Source of the DNA: Planctomycetota bacterium
GTDB lineage: Bacteria > Planctomycetota > B15-G4
Direction of reading: 5' to 3'
DNA length: 64,000 nt
Assembly: GCA_965248575.1 (NCBI GenBank)
Contig: CBDFJQ010000002.1
Coordinates: 3,680,001-3,744,000, forward strand
In this document: positions 54,807-64,000 of the stretch, in pieces
How positions within the stretch are numbered: position 1 is the stretch's first letter
How the letters are laid out: every line of letters begins with the position of its first letter
The notes under the pieces: generated by a model
What the model was told of the DNA's origin: nothing
The model's database searches: none
What the model saw: the letters and a program-made list of their open reading frames with translations, nothing else
Position numbers and translations under genes: made by a program

Positions 54807-55465
54807 CCAAAAACGAAAAACCGGAGGACACCCCCGACGACACAAACCCCAGCATCAGCCCTAGCCTCAGCCCAGAGGATGAACAGATGCAGCGCATGCT
54901 GGACGGCCTGGCCCAGGCGGAGTCTGAAGACCTGGAGGCGGCTCGAAGCGTGACGGAGGCTCCCGGGTCTGGTCGTGTGGACGAAACGCTGGAACGCCTG
55001 TGGCGAGATGAGGAGGCGGCAGCGGGCTCCTCTGCGACGGAACGTGGTGAGGCAGCCGTCGTTCCCGTCCGGACTTCCATCCAGCTGGCCAGCCGGCCTT
55101 GGATGTCACTCGCTGCAACGGTCTTGATCGCGGTGGGTCTGTGGGCCTTTTGGCCCCGGGGCGAGGTGGAACCGCCGATCATCCTGGGTGCGTCGGACTT
55201 GAAGATCGTTCAGCCACGCGGAGACGTCGTGAGCTTCGGCGAGGTGAGGTGGGAGCATCCCCGAGCCGGGGAACTCGTTTTTGATGTGCTGGTGTCTGGC
55301 TCGGAGGGCGAGGTCAGCAGCGTGACCGGTTGGACCGAGCTCGCGTGGCGGGACCCACGTGGAACGGAAGGCTGGCCCGAGCAGGTCACCATCGATCTCA
55401 CGGCCCGGGATAAGAGTGGGCGCATCATCGGAGCGGACTCCGTTGAGGCTCGACGCGTGCGTTAG
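54803..55465 (+). CDS. Putative single-pass anti-sigma factor
   Basis: ATGA overlap with the sigma gene; acidic N-terminal region, one TM (WMSLAATVLIAVGLWAFW), small beta-rich outer domain. Confidence 0.65.
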   Translation: MTKNEKPEDTPDDTNPSISPSLSPEDEQMQRMLDGLAQAESEDLEAARSVTEAPGSGRVDETLERLWRDEEAAAGSSATERGEAAVVPVRTSIQLASRPWMSLAATVLIAVGLWAFWPRGEVEPPIILGASDLKIVQPRGDVVSFGEVRWEHPRAGELVFDVLVSGSEGEVSSVTGWTELAWRDPRGTEGWPEQVTIDLTARDKSGRIIGADSVEARRVR

Positions 55466-55479
55466 ACTCTGCGCCCATC

Positions 55480-57939
55480 ATGGCGCTTGACCACATCGTT
55501 CGTGTCGTTCATGGGTTGACGAAGGGGGCTCTGCTCGCCGCCCTCGCTTCGGCTCTGTCAGCCGGCACACGGGCTCAGGTCGACCCGGCGTCCGCTGCGC
55601 CGAAGGTCGGTGGCCTGGAAGCGCGCGCCCAGGCCATCGCCGCTATCGAGGCGGCCAACGGGCTGGTGCAAGCGGGCTCGGTCCAGGCTGCCGAACTCGA
55701 ACTCACCGCGGCGCTGGATCGACTCGACCTGAAGCGCTCCATGCGGGGCCGCATGTTGTGGCAACGGGCGGACCTCCGTCGGCACCAATGGAACATGGAG
55801 GGTGCGGTCGCGGATCTGAAGGAAGCCGAGCGGCAACTCACAGGTCTTCGGCAAGAGCGACTGATGATGTGCGGCGTGTGGGGTGTTCGCGCGGAGCTGG
55901 CCCTGGATCAAGGGCTCCTGGGGTTGGCGAGTGAGCACCACGCCAAGGAACGCGCGGGCGCCGACGTTGAGCAGGCGGAGAGCACCGCCATCCTGCCCGA
56001 GTGGCTGGCCGCGAACATCCGCTCGGCGAAGTTGTGGCTGGCCAAGGACGACGACGCGACCCTCGAACGCCAGCTGACGGAGTGGCTCGAGGGCCCCGTC
56101 TACAGTGCCCCGGCTTTGGCAGCCGAGGCGGCCTCGCTGCGAGTGCGGTTGGCGACGGGGTTGGCAGACTTCGAGCGGCGCGACCCCAAGCGTCCCAAGG
56201 AAGCCGCACAGCTGTTGCGCTCCTGCATGGCAGACCTGCCCGAGGGTCGGTGGGGCGGTGTCCTGCGCACGCTCACGCAGATCGCGTTGATCGAGGGCGA
56301 CCTGGAAGGGGCACGATCCGCCTTGGGTCAGCTGGACGTGCTTGAGAGAGGTGCAGCGGACTACACGACCTTGGGTGCGTTGCGCGGCCCCCTGTACGAG
56401 CTGGCTCTGCGCACCCGACTCGACCGCTTGTCCGGGGCGAGCGGCGAGGCCTTGGGCAAGCGCGCAGAGCAGATTGACGATCTGCTGGAGACTTTCCAGC
56501 GCCTGTGGTCTGCCATGCCCGCTCGTTCTGGTGGGAGAGGGCCGCTGCACTTCGGCCGCACTCGCATGCTGCTCGGGGAGCGACTCTGGCTGTCCATGGA
56601 AAACGGGGAGGGGGCGGGCGAGGCATTGTCCATGCTCATGCGGGTCCAATCCCTCGGCACGCTCGCACGTTCACTGGGGGCTGAGAACCCGAGTCTCCCG
56701 GAACTCAGGGCTGCGCTTCTTCCCTCGCCCGGGACCCGAGGCGTCCTGGTCTTCCTACCTACGCTCTGGGAGACACATCTGCTGCTGCTCGACTCGGCGG
56801 AGGTGAGGCACGTCCCGTTGGTTTCGGACGACCTCATCGACGACGAGCGCGATCGCCTTCTCGCAAGCCTCATGCGCCCCCGGACCCCTCAGAGGCTCCA
56901 GTCGGAGGCGGTTCAATGCCTGGAGCTTGGGGCGTTGGTGTTTCCTGCGGAAGTCCGCAGCGTGTTGGAGGGGTGGTCGGGAGTGACCATCGTCGGTTCG
57001 GACATGCTCAAGGAGCTGCCGTTCGAGATGTTGCGGCTGGACCAGCAGACGGAGTTCGGTGCGGCGTGGGCAGTGGACCGGCTTCCGTCCCTACCTGTGG
57101 GACACGCTCTCTTCCGAAGACTAGGAGAGAAGAGCACGTCATCAGGAGCGCGTCTCGTGATCGCGAGCGAGCTCTCCGAGGCGGCGATCGCCCTAGCTGG
57201 TTCCCTGCCGAAGATCCTCGTGGAGGAGAAGGACGCTCTCTCGCTCCTGTCGTCCTATCCCGATGAAGGTCAGCAGTTGCTCACGGGACCCGAGGCCACA
57301 TCGTCGGCACTCTTTGACGCGCTTGCTCCTGGCAACGTCCTGCAGATCATCTGCCACGGCCTGTATGACCCCCGGCGTGAACAACCCGCCGGCTTGGCGT
57401 TGGCTGCGTTGGCCGAAGGTCGGGCCACGCTTGAGGGGCAAGCGCTTGAGGACGACGGTATCCTCTGGGCCGACGAGATTCCCACAGAGGGTGCGCCTGC
57501 CCTCGTGGTGCTCACCGCCTGCCGCGCAGCTTCGGGGCCCTTGCGCCGCGGGGATCCGGGTGCCGCAGATCTCGGGGGCACTTTCCTGGCCGCCGGTTCC
57601 CAAGCCGTTGTGTACTCGCCGTTCGACTTGGAGCTGTCGGTGGTGAAGGCCATCTCCAAGCACCTGCACGCTGCGCTCGCCCTCGGCGAATCCCCCGCCG
57701 AAGGCCTGCGCCGTGCGCGACGGGCCCTGGCGAAGGACGAACGATTCAGCGATCCCCTCCTCCGCTCCACCCTCCTGGTGATCGGCTTGGGACACGAGCC
57801 GCTCTTCGTGCGCCCGCCCCGCGCAGGGCTCACGGCCGTGGAGGCCGCGGCCTTCGTGGTCCCCATCGGCGTGCTCTTGGCGCTCTTCCTGACAGCGCGT
57901 GCCCGGCAACGACGTCTCGCTGCCGAGCACGCGGGTTAG
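55480..57939 (+). CDS. CHAT (caspase-like, HetF) domain protease with a helical TPR-like N-terminal region
   Basis: LKELPFEML, LQIICHG (His626), DDGILWADEI, LVVLTAC (Cys681), FLAAGSQAVV, PAEGLRRAR; N-terminal signal and C-terminal TM with basic tail. Confidence 0.88.
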   Translation: MALDHIVRVVHGLTKGALLAALASALSAGTRAQVDPASAAPKVGGLEARAQAIAAIEAANGLVQAGSVQAAELELTAALDRLDLKRSMRGRMLWQRADLRRHQWNMEGAVADLKEAERQLTGLRQERLMMCGVWGVRAELALDQGLLGLASEHHAKERAGADVEQAESTAILPEWLAANIRSAKLWLAKDDDATLERQLTEWLEGPVYSAPALAAEAASLRVRLATGLADFERRDPKRPKEAAQLLRSCMADLPEGRWGGVLRTLTQIALIEGDLEGARSALGQLDVLERGAADYTTLGALRGPLYELALRTRLDRLSGASGEALGKRAEQIDDLLETFQRLWSAMPARSGGRGPLHFGRTRMLLGERLWLSMENGEGAGEALSMLMRVQSLGTLARSLGAENPSLPELRAALLPSPGTRGVLVFLPTLWETHLLLLDSAEVRHVPLVSDDLIDDERDRLLASLMRPRTPQRLQSEAVQCLELGALVFPAEVRSVLEGWSGVTIVGSDMLKELPFEMLRLDQQTEFGAAWAVDRLPSLPVGHALFRRLGEKSTSSGARLVIASELSEAAIALAGSLPKILVEEKDALSLLSSYPDEGQQLLTGPEATSSALFDALAPGNVLQIICHGLYDPRREQPAGLALAALAEGRATLEGQALEDDGILWADEIPTEGAPALVVLTACRAASGPLRRGDPGAADLGGTFLAAGSQAVVYSPFDLELSVVKAISKHLHAALALGESPAEGLRRARRALAKDERFSDPLLRSTLLVIGLGHEPLFVRPPRAGLTAVEAAAFVVPIGVLLALFLTARARQRRLAAEHAG

Positions 57940-57954
57940 GCAGTCAGGCTCCGA

Positions 57955-59700
57955 TCAGCCGGCACCGCCGCGGGGGTCGTCTTCGATCGGCGGTTCGTCT
58001 TCATCGTGCTCGGGGACGGACCCACCGATGACGACGTCGTCGTCGGCCTTGCTGCTTCCACCCGACGTCGTGTGGGTTGAAGGCGCGGTGGCCTCGAAGG
58101 GACCCAGGAGATGCAGCAGGTCTCCATTGTCCGAGCGGCCTTGGATACCAACGCGAGCGGGGCCGCGGGCGACGACCTCGCCGCTCTCGAGCAGGACCTG
58201 GCGCACGGACCAACTCAGGATCTCATCCAAGGTCTGGTTGAGCACCGCGTCGTCCTCGATCAAGAAATTCACGGTGGCGCCGGCGGTGAAGGGCTGCTCC
58301 ACCACGAAGGCCGGACGGTCGAAGGTGGGGGCCCACAGATCGGGCCCGTCCCACAAGGTGACCTGCAAGCGGAGGTCCTGACCGGCACCGGGGGTGAGGG
58401 TGACCAATGGGGCTTCCACGTCGAGCAACCAGTAACCCACCTCGGGCGTTGGTACCTGGTCAATGAACGAGCCGCCACCGAGGATCTCTGGTCGGAGGTT
58501 CTCTTCTGCCAGGCTGTTGAGGTCGACGACGCAGATCTCGCTGTACGGCGCCGTTCCGGCACCCGAGCCGGCGGTCCAACTGCCTTGAATGGGGGCGAAG
58601 AGCTCGAGGTCGCCGTCATGGTCGAAATCCGCTGCGGCGAGGCCCGCCTGGCCCAGCGCCGGGTCACGATTCGTCGGCCCGAAGGGATAGAGCGTGAAAT
58701 AGCCGTTGAAGGTCTTGCCGCCGTGCGGAGCCTGGGTCGTGGCGTCATGCGCGTACAGCTCCATCATCTGGTCGCTGGTGGAGAGGGTCATGGCGAGGTC
58801 GCTGTTACCGTCGGAGTTGAAGTCCGCGGACGTCATGGAGATGACCTCGTGCGGCGCCAGGGAGCGAGCGATGTCCACCACGGTCTCGCTCCAGGTGAGC
58901 AGGTATTGCTCGCCAGCGGGAGACAATCGCAGCAGGATTGCGAGCCGCTGTTTCGTTCCCGTGACCTCCGGGTCATCCAGCACGCAGGCCTGGAGGGAGG
59001 AGAGGGTCCACGGGAAGGAGGCGAGCAGGGTCGACTGCAAGGAGTAGACCTCGATGCCTGCGCTGGTGATGGTCGCGACGTCGTCGACTCCGTCCCCGTC
59101 CCAGTCGATGGCCATGACGGATTCGGGAGCCCCGAAGGTGGTGATGGTCGCGTTCCCGACGAGGAAGCCAGAGGGCGCATTTCCGAGCTTCACGAGCAGC
59201 TGGTTGGTGGCGACGGCGGGGTCACGGATGCCGACGATGTCGGGGCCGTAGACGCCGTCGAAATCACCGACGGCGAGAGCAGTCGCGTTCGGCCAATCGA
59301 TGGAGTCGAGGTTGGTGCTGTCCCAGTGACTCGTCGCCCCATTCCAGACGAGTTCATGCAAGCCCGAAGCGCTTGTGGCGAAAAGGCGGTCGGTGGCGCC
59401 GGCAACCTCGACGGAGGCGATGTCGTTGGCGATGCCGCCGTCCCAACGAATGCTGGTGCGATAGACTTCCGGTGTCATGCACAGGGTGAGGATACCCGAG
59501 TCGAGGACTGCGGCGTCGATGCCGAGGTCGTCGGTGAACTCGCCGACAGCGACGGCGCCAAACAGGGCGTCGGAGAAAACTCCGGGTTGCGGAGGCGGCG
59601 TCTGACCGCCCGTGGGTTCACCTTCGTCGGCGGCTGCGGTGGGGACGAGCAGGCACGCCAGCACAGTGCCTACAAGAAGAGAGTAGAGACGGCGATCCAT
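57955..59700 (-). CDS. Secreted FG-GAP/VCBS repeat protein
   Basis: Signal peptide AAA|D; GDFDGVYGPD, IDWDGDGVDD, ADFNSDGNSD, ADFDHDGDLE; acidic Pro-rich tail. Alternative start at 59712. Confidence 0.8.
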   Translation of the reverse strand: MDRRLYSLLVGTVLACLLVPTAAADEGEPTGGQTPPPQPGVFSDALFGAVAVGEFTDDLGIDAAVLDSGILTLCMTPEVYRTSIRWDGGIANDIASVEVAGATDRLFATSASGLHELVWNGATSHWDSTNLDSIDWPNATALAVGDFDGVYGPDIVGIRDPAVATNQLLVKLGNAPSGFLVGNATITTFGAPESVMAIDWDGDGVDDVATITSAGIEVYSLQSTLLASFPWTLSSLQACVLDDPEVTGTKQRLAILLRLSPAGEQYLLTWSETVVDIARSLAPHEVISMTSADFNSDGNSDLAMTLSTSDQMMELYAHDATTQAPHGGKTFNGYFTLYPFGPTNRDPALGQAGLAAADFDHDGDLELFAPIQGSWTAGSGAGTAPYSEICVVDLNSLAEENLRPEILGGGSFIDQVPTPEVGYWLLDVEAPLVTLTPGAGQDLRLQVTLWDGPDLWAPTFDRPAFVVEQPFTAGATVNFLIEDDAVLNQTLDEILSWSVRQVLLESGEVVARGPARVGIQGRSDNGDLLHLLGPFEATAPSTHTTSGGSSKADDDVVIGGSVPEHDEDEPPIEDDPRGGAG

Positions 59701-60115
59701 GGGGATGCTCACAAAAGGGGGTTGAGGTGACGGACCCGGGCAGTCCTGCGTGTCTCAGCGACGAGCGGGTTCCCGTTGTTCCGGCAGGCTGCGAGGCGCG
59801 CTTTCTGGAGGGAGTATGTGCGCTCTTGGGCATTACGTAACGGGAAAGAAAAACAGAAATTTTGCCCAAACCGGAGCGCTGCGTACGGACACAAACGCCG
59901 GATCCCACTGTCGTGCCGGAGGGCGAGGGGGCTGCTTGCAGTGCCTTCGCGCGCCGAGACCGGAGCCAAGTCTTCGCCTGCTTTGCTGAGACCGTTGAGC
60001 GCTTCGCAGACACACACGCAGCGCTCGAGCAACTTCCATCAATCGCATGACGGCGGGGCGTCCCGGCCTGAGTACGAGGCGCCCCACGTCATCCTTCCCA
60101 CTTGGATGTTGACTC

Positions 60116-62776
60116 ATGTTCCGTTCTCTATCGCGACTTGCCGTCGCAGGCGTCCTGCTCGCCGCACAAGTGCCAGCACAGCTGGCGCCTTGTTCACAGT
60201 TCGACGCGCAGACCTACAACGATTTCCTCAGCCGTGTGCAGATGAACCAGTACACGACTGGCAATCTTCCGGTGCAGCCGGACCCCCTGAACCCGATCGT
60301 GGTGAGTTTGGCGTTTCACAGCATCAACACGCCCAATGGCACGGTGGAGGACTTTCGCTCCGCAGATGCCTCGGACATGTTGACTGCCGTGAAGCAGGCC
60401 TTTGTCGGGACCGGGATCGACTTCACAAACACCCCGACCCTGCTGACTCAGATCGAGAGTCCACTCTCGACTTTGGCAGCGGACGTCCCCCCGAGTGACA
60501 ACATGCAAATGCTGCTCGGTCTCTACCAGACACCCGATGCTATCGACGTCTTCCTGGTGGACTCCCTGCAGTTGTACTCTGCTGGCCTGCGCGGCATTGC
60601 CACGGTGAGTCTTTGCGACGGGAACGTGGGAGTCGTGGTGGACAAGCACTTCACTCCCAATGGGACCTTCTACAGCCCGGGCACGGGGATCGACACCAGT
60701 GGAGTCTGGGTGCACGAGCTTGGGCACTACTTCGACCTGATCCACCCTTCGGAGGAGTGGATGTTCCCCCCCCTCTATGCGGCCGATTGCCCCGGTGATG
60801 TGTGCATCCCCAATCAGGTGAGTACGACGGGAGATTTCGTCTGCGACACCCCGGCGGCACCGGATCCACTGGCCTACTTCCCCACGAACCTCTACCCCAA
60901 CTGTGTCTACTCCCCACCCGTGAATCCGCCAGTGGTGACCCAGCCGCAGTCCGCCTGTCCGAACATGCCGTACTCCGATCCCATGGGCGTCATCGCCACC
61001 AACTGGATGACGTTGCAGGACCCCACGTGCCGGAGTTCGTTCACGCCGGGTCAGGTGGAACGGATGTTCGCGAGCATGATCAACTTCCGGCCTGAGCTCT
61101 ACGATCACTGCCTTGCGGGAAACGCGAGCTTGTTTAACTGTGACCCCGCTATCGAGTTCCTGACTCCGGCATCCGGGAATGCCGGCACGGCCATCGAGAT
61201 CGCACCCAACGTCGAGTTCGGAGGCGTCGATGTGCTTGCGAGCGTCCCAGATCAGCGGATTCTCGTGTTCCACGGCGACGATCTTTCGGATGTCAGCAAC
61301 ACCTCGGTCATCATTCCTAACGACCCGCTTTCCGTGGGCCGTTTTGGTGCCGCACTCAGTGGTGACGGTGACACCTTGCTTGTGGGTATTCCCGATGGTG
61401 GTCCCGGCGGCAGTGGGCGTGTGTTCAGCCACGTGCGGCACGCCAACGGAGACTACACCCCCAACCAGTCACTCGATGCCCTCGTGACCGGCCCGGTCAC
61501 CAACGACTTCGGTGTGGCTCTCGATCACTACGGCGACTGGGCCGTGATCGGTGTCAACGACAAGGAAGCCTCGGGTGTAGGCCAGGTGGGCCTCGCCTAC
61601 GTGTACGACTGGGATCCAAGCGACGGGTTCATGGGTGAGTGGGGGCCGATCCCCAACACGACCCTGCGGCCCGCGGACTTCGGCAGCCTGTTGCCGTCCT
61701 CCGACCTGCGGAACTGGGGTGGTTCAGTAGCCATTTCCGGCAAGTTCATCGTGCTGGGCGCTTCCAAGGCTCCTCGCCTGGACGATACGGACCCGCGCAC
61801 GGGTGCGGTCTTCGTGTGGCGCCGTGCCGGTTCGACGTGGCAGCCCTTCCAGATGATCTCGCCCGACGTGGGCAGCACCTCCTTTGGTTGGGACGTGGAC
61901 ATCTGGGGCGACACGATCGTGGTGGGTGCGCCTGACGACAACGTGCTGGGCATGGCGACAGGCAGTGTGTCCATCTACACCTTCGATGCCGCCACCCAGC
62001 AGTTCGAGCGCGACGTGCGCATCACCAACCCCGAGAACCAGTTCAGCAGCTTCGGGGACGATGTGGCCATCGGTCACAACCTGGTGGTGGTGGGTGACCC
62101 CGGCTTCGGTGCGGGGCGTGCCTACACCTATGAGCGTCGTCCGTTCAATCAGTGGCAGGTGGTGGGGGTGAACAACCCTGTGGATTCGCCCTTCGACTTC
62201 GACCAGGGCTACGGCGAGAGCGTCGCGGCCACCCGTGATGGCTACCTCGTAGGTGCCCCGCGGCTGGATCGGCTGCCCTTCGGCGGTTCGGTCCAGGTGG
62301 ATGCTGGCGGTCTCTATGCGTTTCCTTACGCCGAACCGGCGCCGGGAACCTTGAGCACCTCTGGCAATCAGATGTCCGCCAGCGCCGGTGGGCAGGTTGT
62401 CTTCAGCCTGGACTTTGGTGTCGCTGCGGCGGGCCAGAGCTATGCCGTGGGCGGGACCTTCTCGGGCACCGAGGACGGTCAGACGTTCTTCTTCCAAGGA
62501 GCATCGCCGTCGAGTTCCGCACCGCACGAGACCTTGCGCACGGTGTTGGACAAGGACAGCTACTTCGATCTGTCCAGTACCGGGGGTGGTTCGCCGCTGT
62601 TGCTGACAGGATTCGGGATGCTGGATGCCAATGGGCAGGCGAACGTCACGTTCTTCTGGCCACAGGGATTCCTGGCGGGTTCGCCCGACCTGCCCCTGAC
62701 TTTCACCCACATCGCCTTGTTGCCGAAGGACCGGCACTACGAGACGGCTCAGGTGGACGTCGTGATCACCCCGTAG
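60116..62776 (+). CDS. Secreted M43 (pappalysin/ulilysin-like) zinc metalloprotease with FG-GAP repeats and a C-terminal domain
   Basis: HELGHYFDLIH, GDFVCDTP, Met-turn NWMT, FTPGQVERM; FG..+..D...+VGAP repeats; signal peptide. Confidence 0.88.
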   Translation: MFRSLSRLAVAGVLLAAQVPAQLAPCSQFDAQTYNDFLSRVQMNQYTTGNLPVQPDPLNPIVVSLAFHSINTPNGTVEDFRSADASDMLTAVKQAFVGTGIDFTNTPTLLTQIESPLSTLAADVPPSDNMQMLLGLYQTPDAIDVFLVDSLQLYSAGLRGIATVSLCDGNVGVVVDKHFTPNGTFYSPGTGIDTSGVWVHELGHYFDLIHPSEEWMFPPLYAADCPGDVCIPNQVSTTGDFVCDTPAAPDPLAYFPTNLYPNCVYSPPVNPPVVTQPQSACPNMPYSDPMGVIATNWMTLQDPTCRSSFTPGQVERMFASMINFRPELYDHCLAGNASLFNCDPAIEFLTPASGNAGTAIEIAPNVEFGGVDVLASVPDQRILVFHGDDLSDVSNTSVIIPNDPLSVGRFGAALSGDGDTLLVGIPDGGPGGSGRVFSHVRHANGDYTPNQSLDALVTGPVTNDFGVALDHYGDWAVIGVNDKEASGVGQVGLAYVYDWDPSDGFMGEWGPIPNTTLRPADFGSLLPSSDLRNWGGSVAISGKFIVLGASKAPRLDDTDPRTGAVFVWRRAGSTWQPFQMISPDVGSTSFGWDVDIWGDTIVVGAPDDNVLGMATGSVSIYTFDAATQQFERDVRITNPENQFSSFGDDVAIGHNLVVVGDPGFGAGRAYTYERRPFNQWQVVGVNNPVDSPFDFDQGYGESVAATRDGYLVGAPRLDRLPFGGSVQVDAGGLYAFPYAEPAPGTLSTSGNQMSASAGGQVVFSLDFGVAAAGQSYAVGGTFSGTEDGQTFFFQGASPSSSAPHETLRTVLDKDSYFDLSSTGGGSPLLLTGFGMLDANGQANVTFFWPQGFLAGSPDLPLTFTHIALLPKDRHYETAQVDVVITP

Positions 62777-62909
62777 GGCGCCTTGCGTCCTAGAAGCCGC
62801 TGGCGTCGCCGCATGGCCCCTGCAGAAAGAGAGCTGTAGGAAAGTGCGAGGCGTCGGCGGCTTCATTGGGTTCGGGCGAGGCGTGGGCCCGCTTTCTGCT
62901 GGGGCCAGC

Positions 62910-64000
62910 TCAGGCCTGAGCGGAGCGCGCGGAGGCCATCAGCGCATCCAGCCGCTGCGGCGACACCTTCACCGACGTGCCTAGTTCCTGGGCGTAGACA
63001 GAGATGCGAAACTCCTCGAGCATCCAAGTCAGCTCTTCGAGCTCCGGGCCCGTTTCACCCAAGGCGTCCTGCAGCTTCTCGAGTTTGGCGAACGCCTGTT
63101 GATGAGGCCGCAGTTTCTCGCTGAGCTCTGCGTCCTTGAGCGCGCCGCGTGTGTCGAGGCGCTCGAGCCGTCGCTCGGCCCCGGCCAGGTAGCGGGGCAC
63201 ATGCTGTAGCCAAGCCCAGTCAGCGTGCACGAGAGGGTGGCGGGCCATGAGTTCTTGGCTCTGCTGCTGAACGTCCTGGGTCGCGGCGAGGTCCCGGGCG
63301 CGCGGCGTTCCCTCCAGCCTGACGCGCAGCGCGTGCCATGCCTTGAGCACCCGGCGGGCAACAGCCAAGGTCTCGTCGAGGCAGCGCATCCAGCGGGTCT
63401 CGCCCTCGCGCAGCAGCGCCAGGAAGTGCACCTCGTCACGGACGTCGACATCAGTGGGAAACCACGCGCGTTGGACGATGCGCTGCACGACTTGACTCTC
63501 AAGCGGCTCGTTGTCGTCCAGCGTCGCGGCCATCAAGAGCAGCTCGGACCAGTCGGGCTCCCGTCGTAGTCGGCGGGCGAGGCGACCGCCGACTGCCAGG
63601 CGCACCAGGCACTTCAGGCCCTTGCGCGTGGCTCGTGCGGCCAGCTCGGCGCGCGGCATGAGGCGCAGGGACACGGAGTCGCGGGCGTCCACCAGGGCGG
63701 GGTGGGCGACGACGCCGCCCGGGAGTTCGACGTGTCGCGGCAAGGCGCCGAACGTCCAGGCCTTCAGGCCATCCCGATGCCAGGTGTTGTCAGCGAGTTG
63801 CTTCACGGCACCGGCGGTCTCCTCCCTGAGGCGCGAGCGCAGGGCGGCGAGGTTCCGGTCCACATCGAGCACTTCACCCGCCCCGTCGATGACCTCGACG
63901 CGCATGTTCAAGCTCGGGTGGAGATCGTTGGGGCGGAAGCTCGCGGGGTCCACGGGCAGGCCGCCTACACGGGTCAGGGCGCGGGCCAAGGCGGGCAGCA
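62910..64000 (-). CDS. hrpA: ATP-dependent RNA helicase HrpA, C-terminal (DUF3418) part; 5' end outside the window
   Basis: LHPSLNMRVEVID..G..L...RNL, WTFGALP, HPALVD, PRYL...RRLERL, WMLEEFRISVYAQELGT..KVSPQRL. Confidence 0.88.
   Translation of the reverse strand, partial: LPALARALTRVGGLPVDPASFRPNDLHPSLNMRVEVIDGAGEVLDVDRNLAALRSRLREETAGAVKQLADNTWHRDGLKAWTFGALPRHVELPGGVVAHPALVDARDSVSLRLMPRAELAARATRKGLKCLVRLAVGGRLARRLRREPDWSELLLMAATLDDNEPLESQVVQRIVQRAWFPTDVDVRDEVHFLALLREGETRWMRCLDETLAVARRVLKAWHALRVRLEGTPRARDLAATQDVQQQSQELMARHPLVHADWAWLQHVPRYLAGAERRLERLDTRGALKDAELSEKLRPHQQAFAKLEKLQDALGETGPELEELTWMLEEFRISVYAQELGTSVKVSPQRLDALMASARSAQA

Noticed and set aside
28660..59760. CGTC(A) elements upstream of several secreted-protein genes (28716, 29898, 35497, 59700) as a common ECF -10 motif
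   Set aside because: No consistent -35 element or spacing found by eye, and CGTC is frequent at this GC content.
1..64000. CRISPR arrays, tRNA/rRNA genes, transposases, integrases or prophage genes
   Set aside because: None recognised; the periodic patterns seen are protein-coding repeats. A short tRNA or ncRNA could be missed without a covariance search.

Overview
A GC-rich bacterial window with about 45 protein-coding genes. I saw no rRNA, tRNA, CRISPR array or transposase. The gene mix (tandem Ser/Thr kinases with TolB-like sensors, a sulfatase, an ECF sigma module, many secreted repeat proteins) suggests a Planctomycetota genome, possibly an uncultured lineage; this is inference. Recognisable housekeeping genes are upp, an RluA-family pseudouridine synthase, the 3' part of hrpA, a yeiH/LysR pair and an OPT transporter. 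The best candidates for undescribed biology are: (1) a BlaI + BlaR1/M56 module whose outside sensor is two c-type heme motifs plus a LysM domain, with an operator palindrome, an internal SD+ATG that could yield a free secreted diheme-LysM protein, and a co-directional downstream MBOAT/SGNH acylation operon; (2) a heme-c lipoprotein-lodA-lodB-sulfotransferase cluster whose CTQ oxidase has an atypical active-site residue; (3) an ECF sigma / anti-sigma / membrane-anchored CHAT protease operon next to FG-GAP and M43 protease genes; (4) a shared ~120-aa C-terminal domain ending in SN...TTP on unrelated secreted proteins, possibly a lineage-specific sorting domain; (5) a multicopper oxidase-VWD-Ig fusion with only a C-terminal membrane anchor. 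Several genes have a -10 hexamer 6-11 nt before the start codon and no SD, suggesting leaderless transcripts. All family calls come from motifs read by eye, not from database searches.
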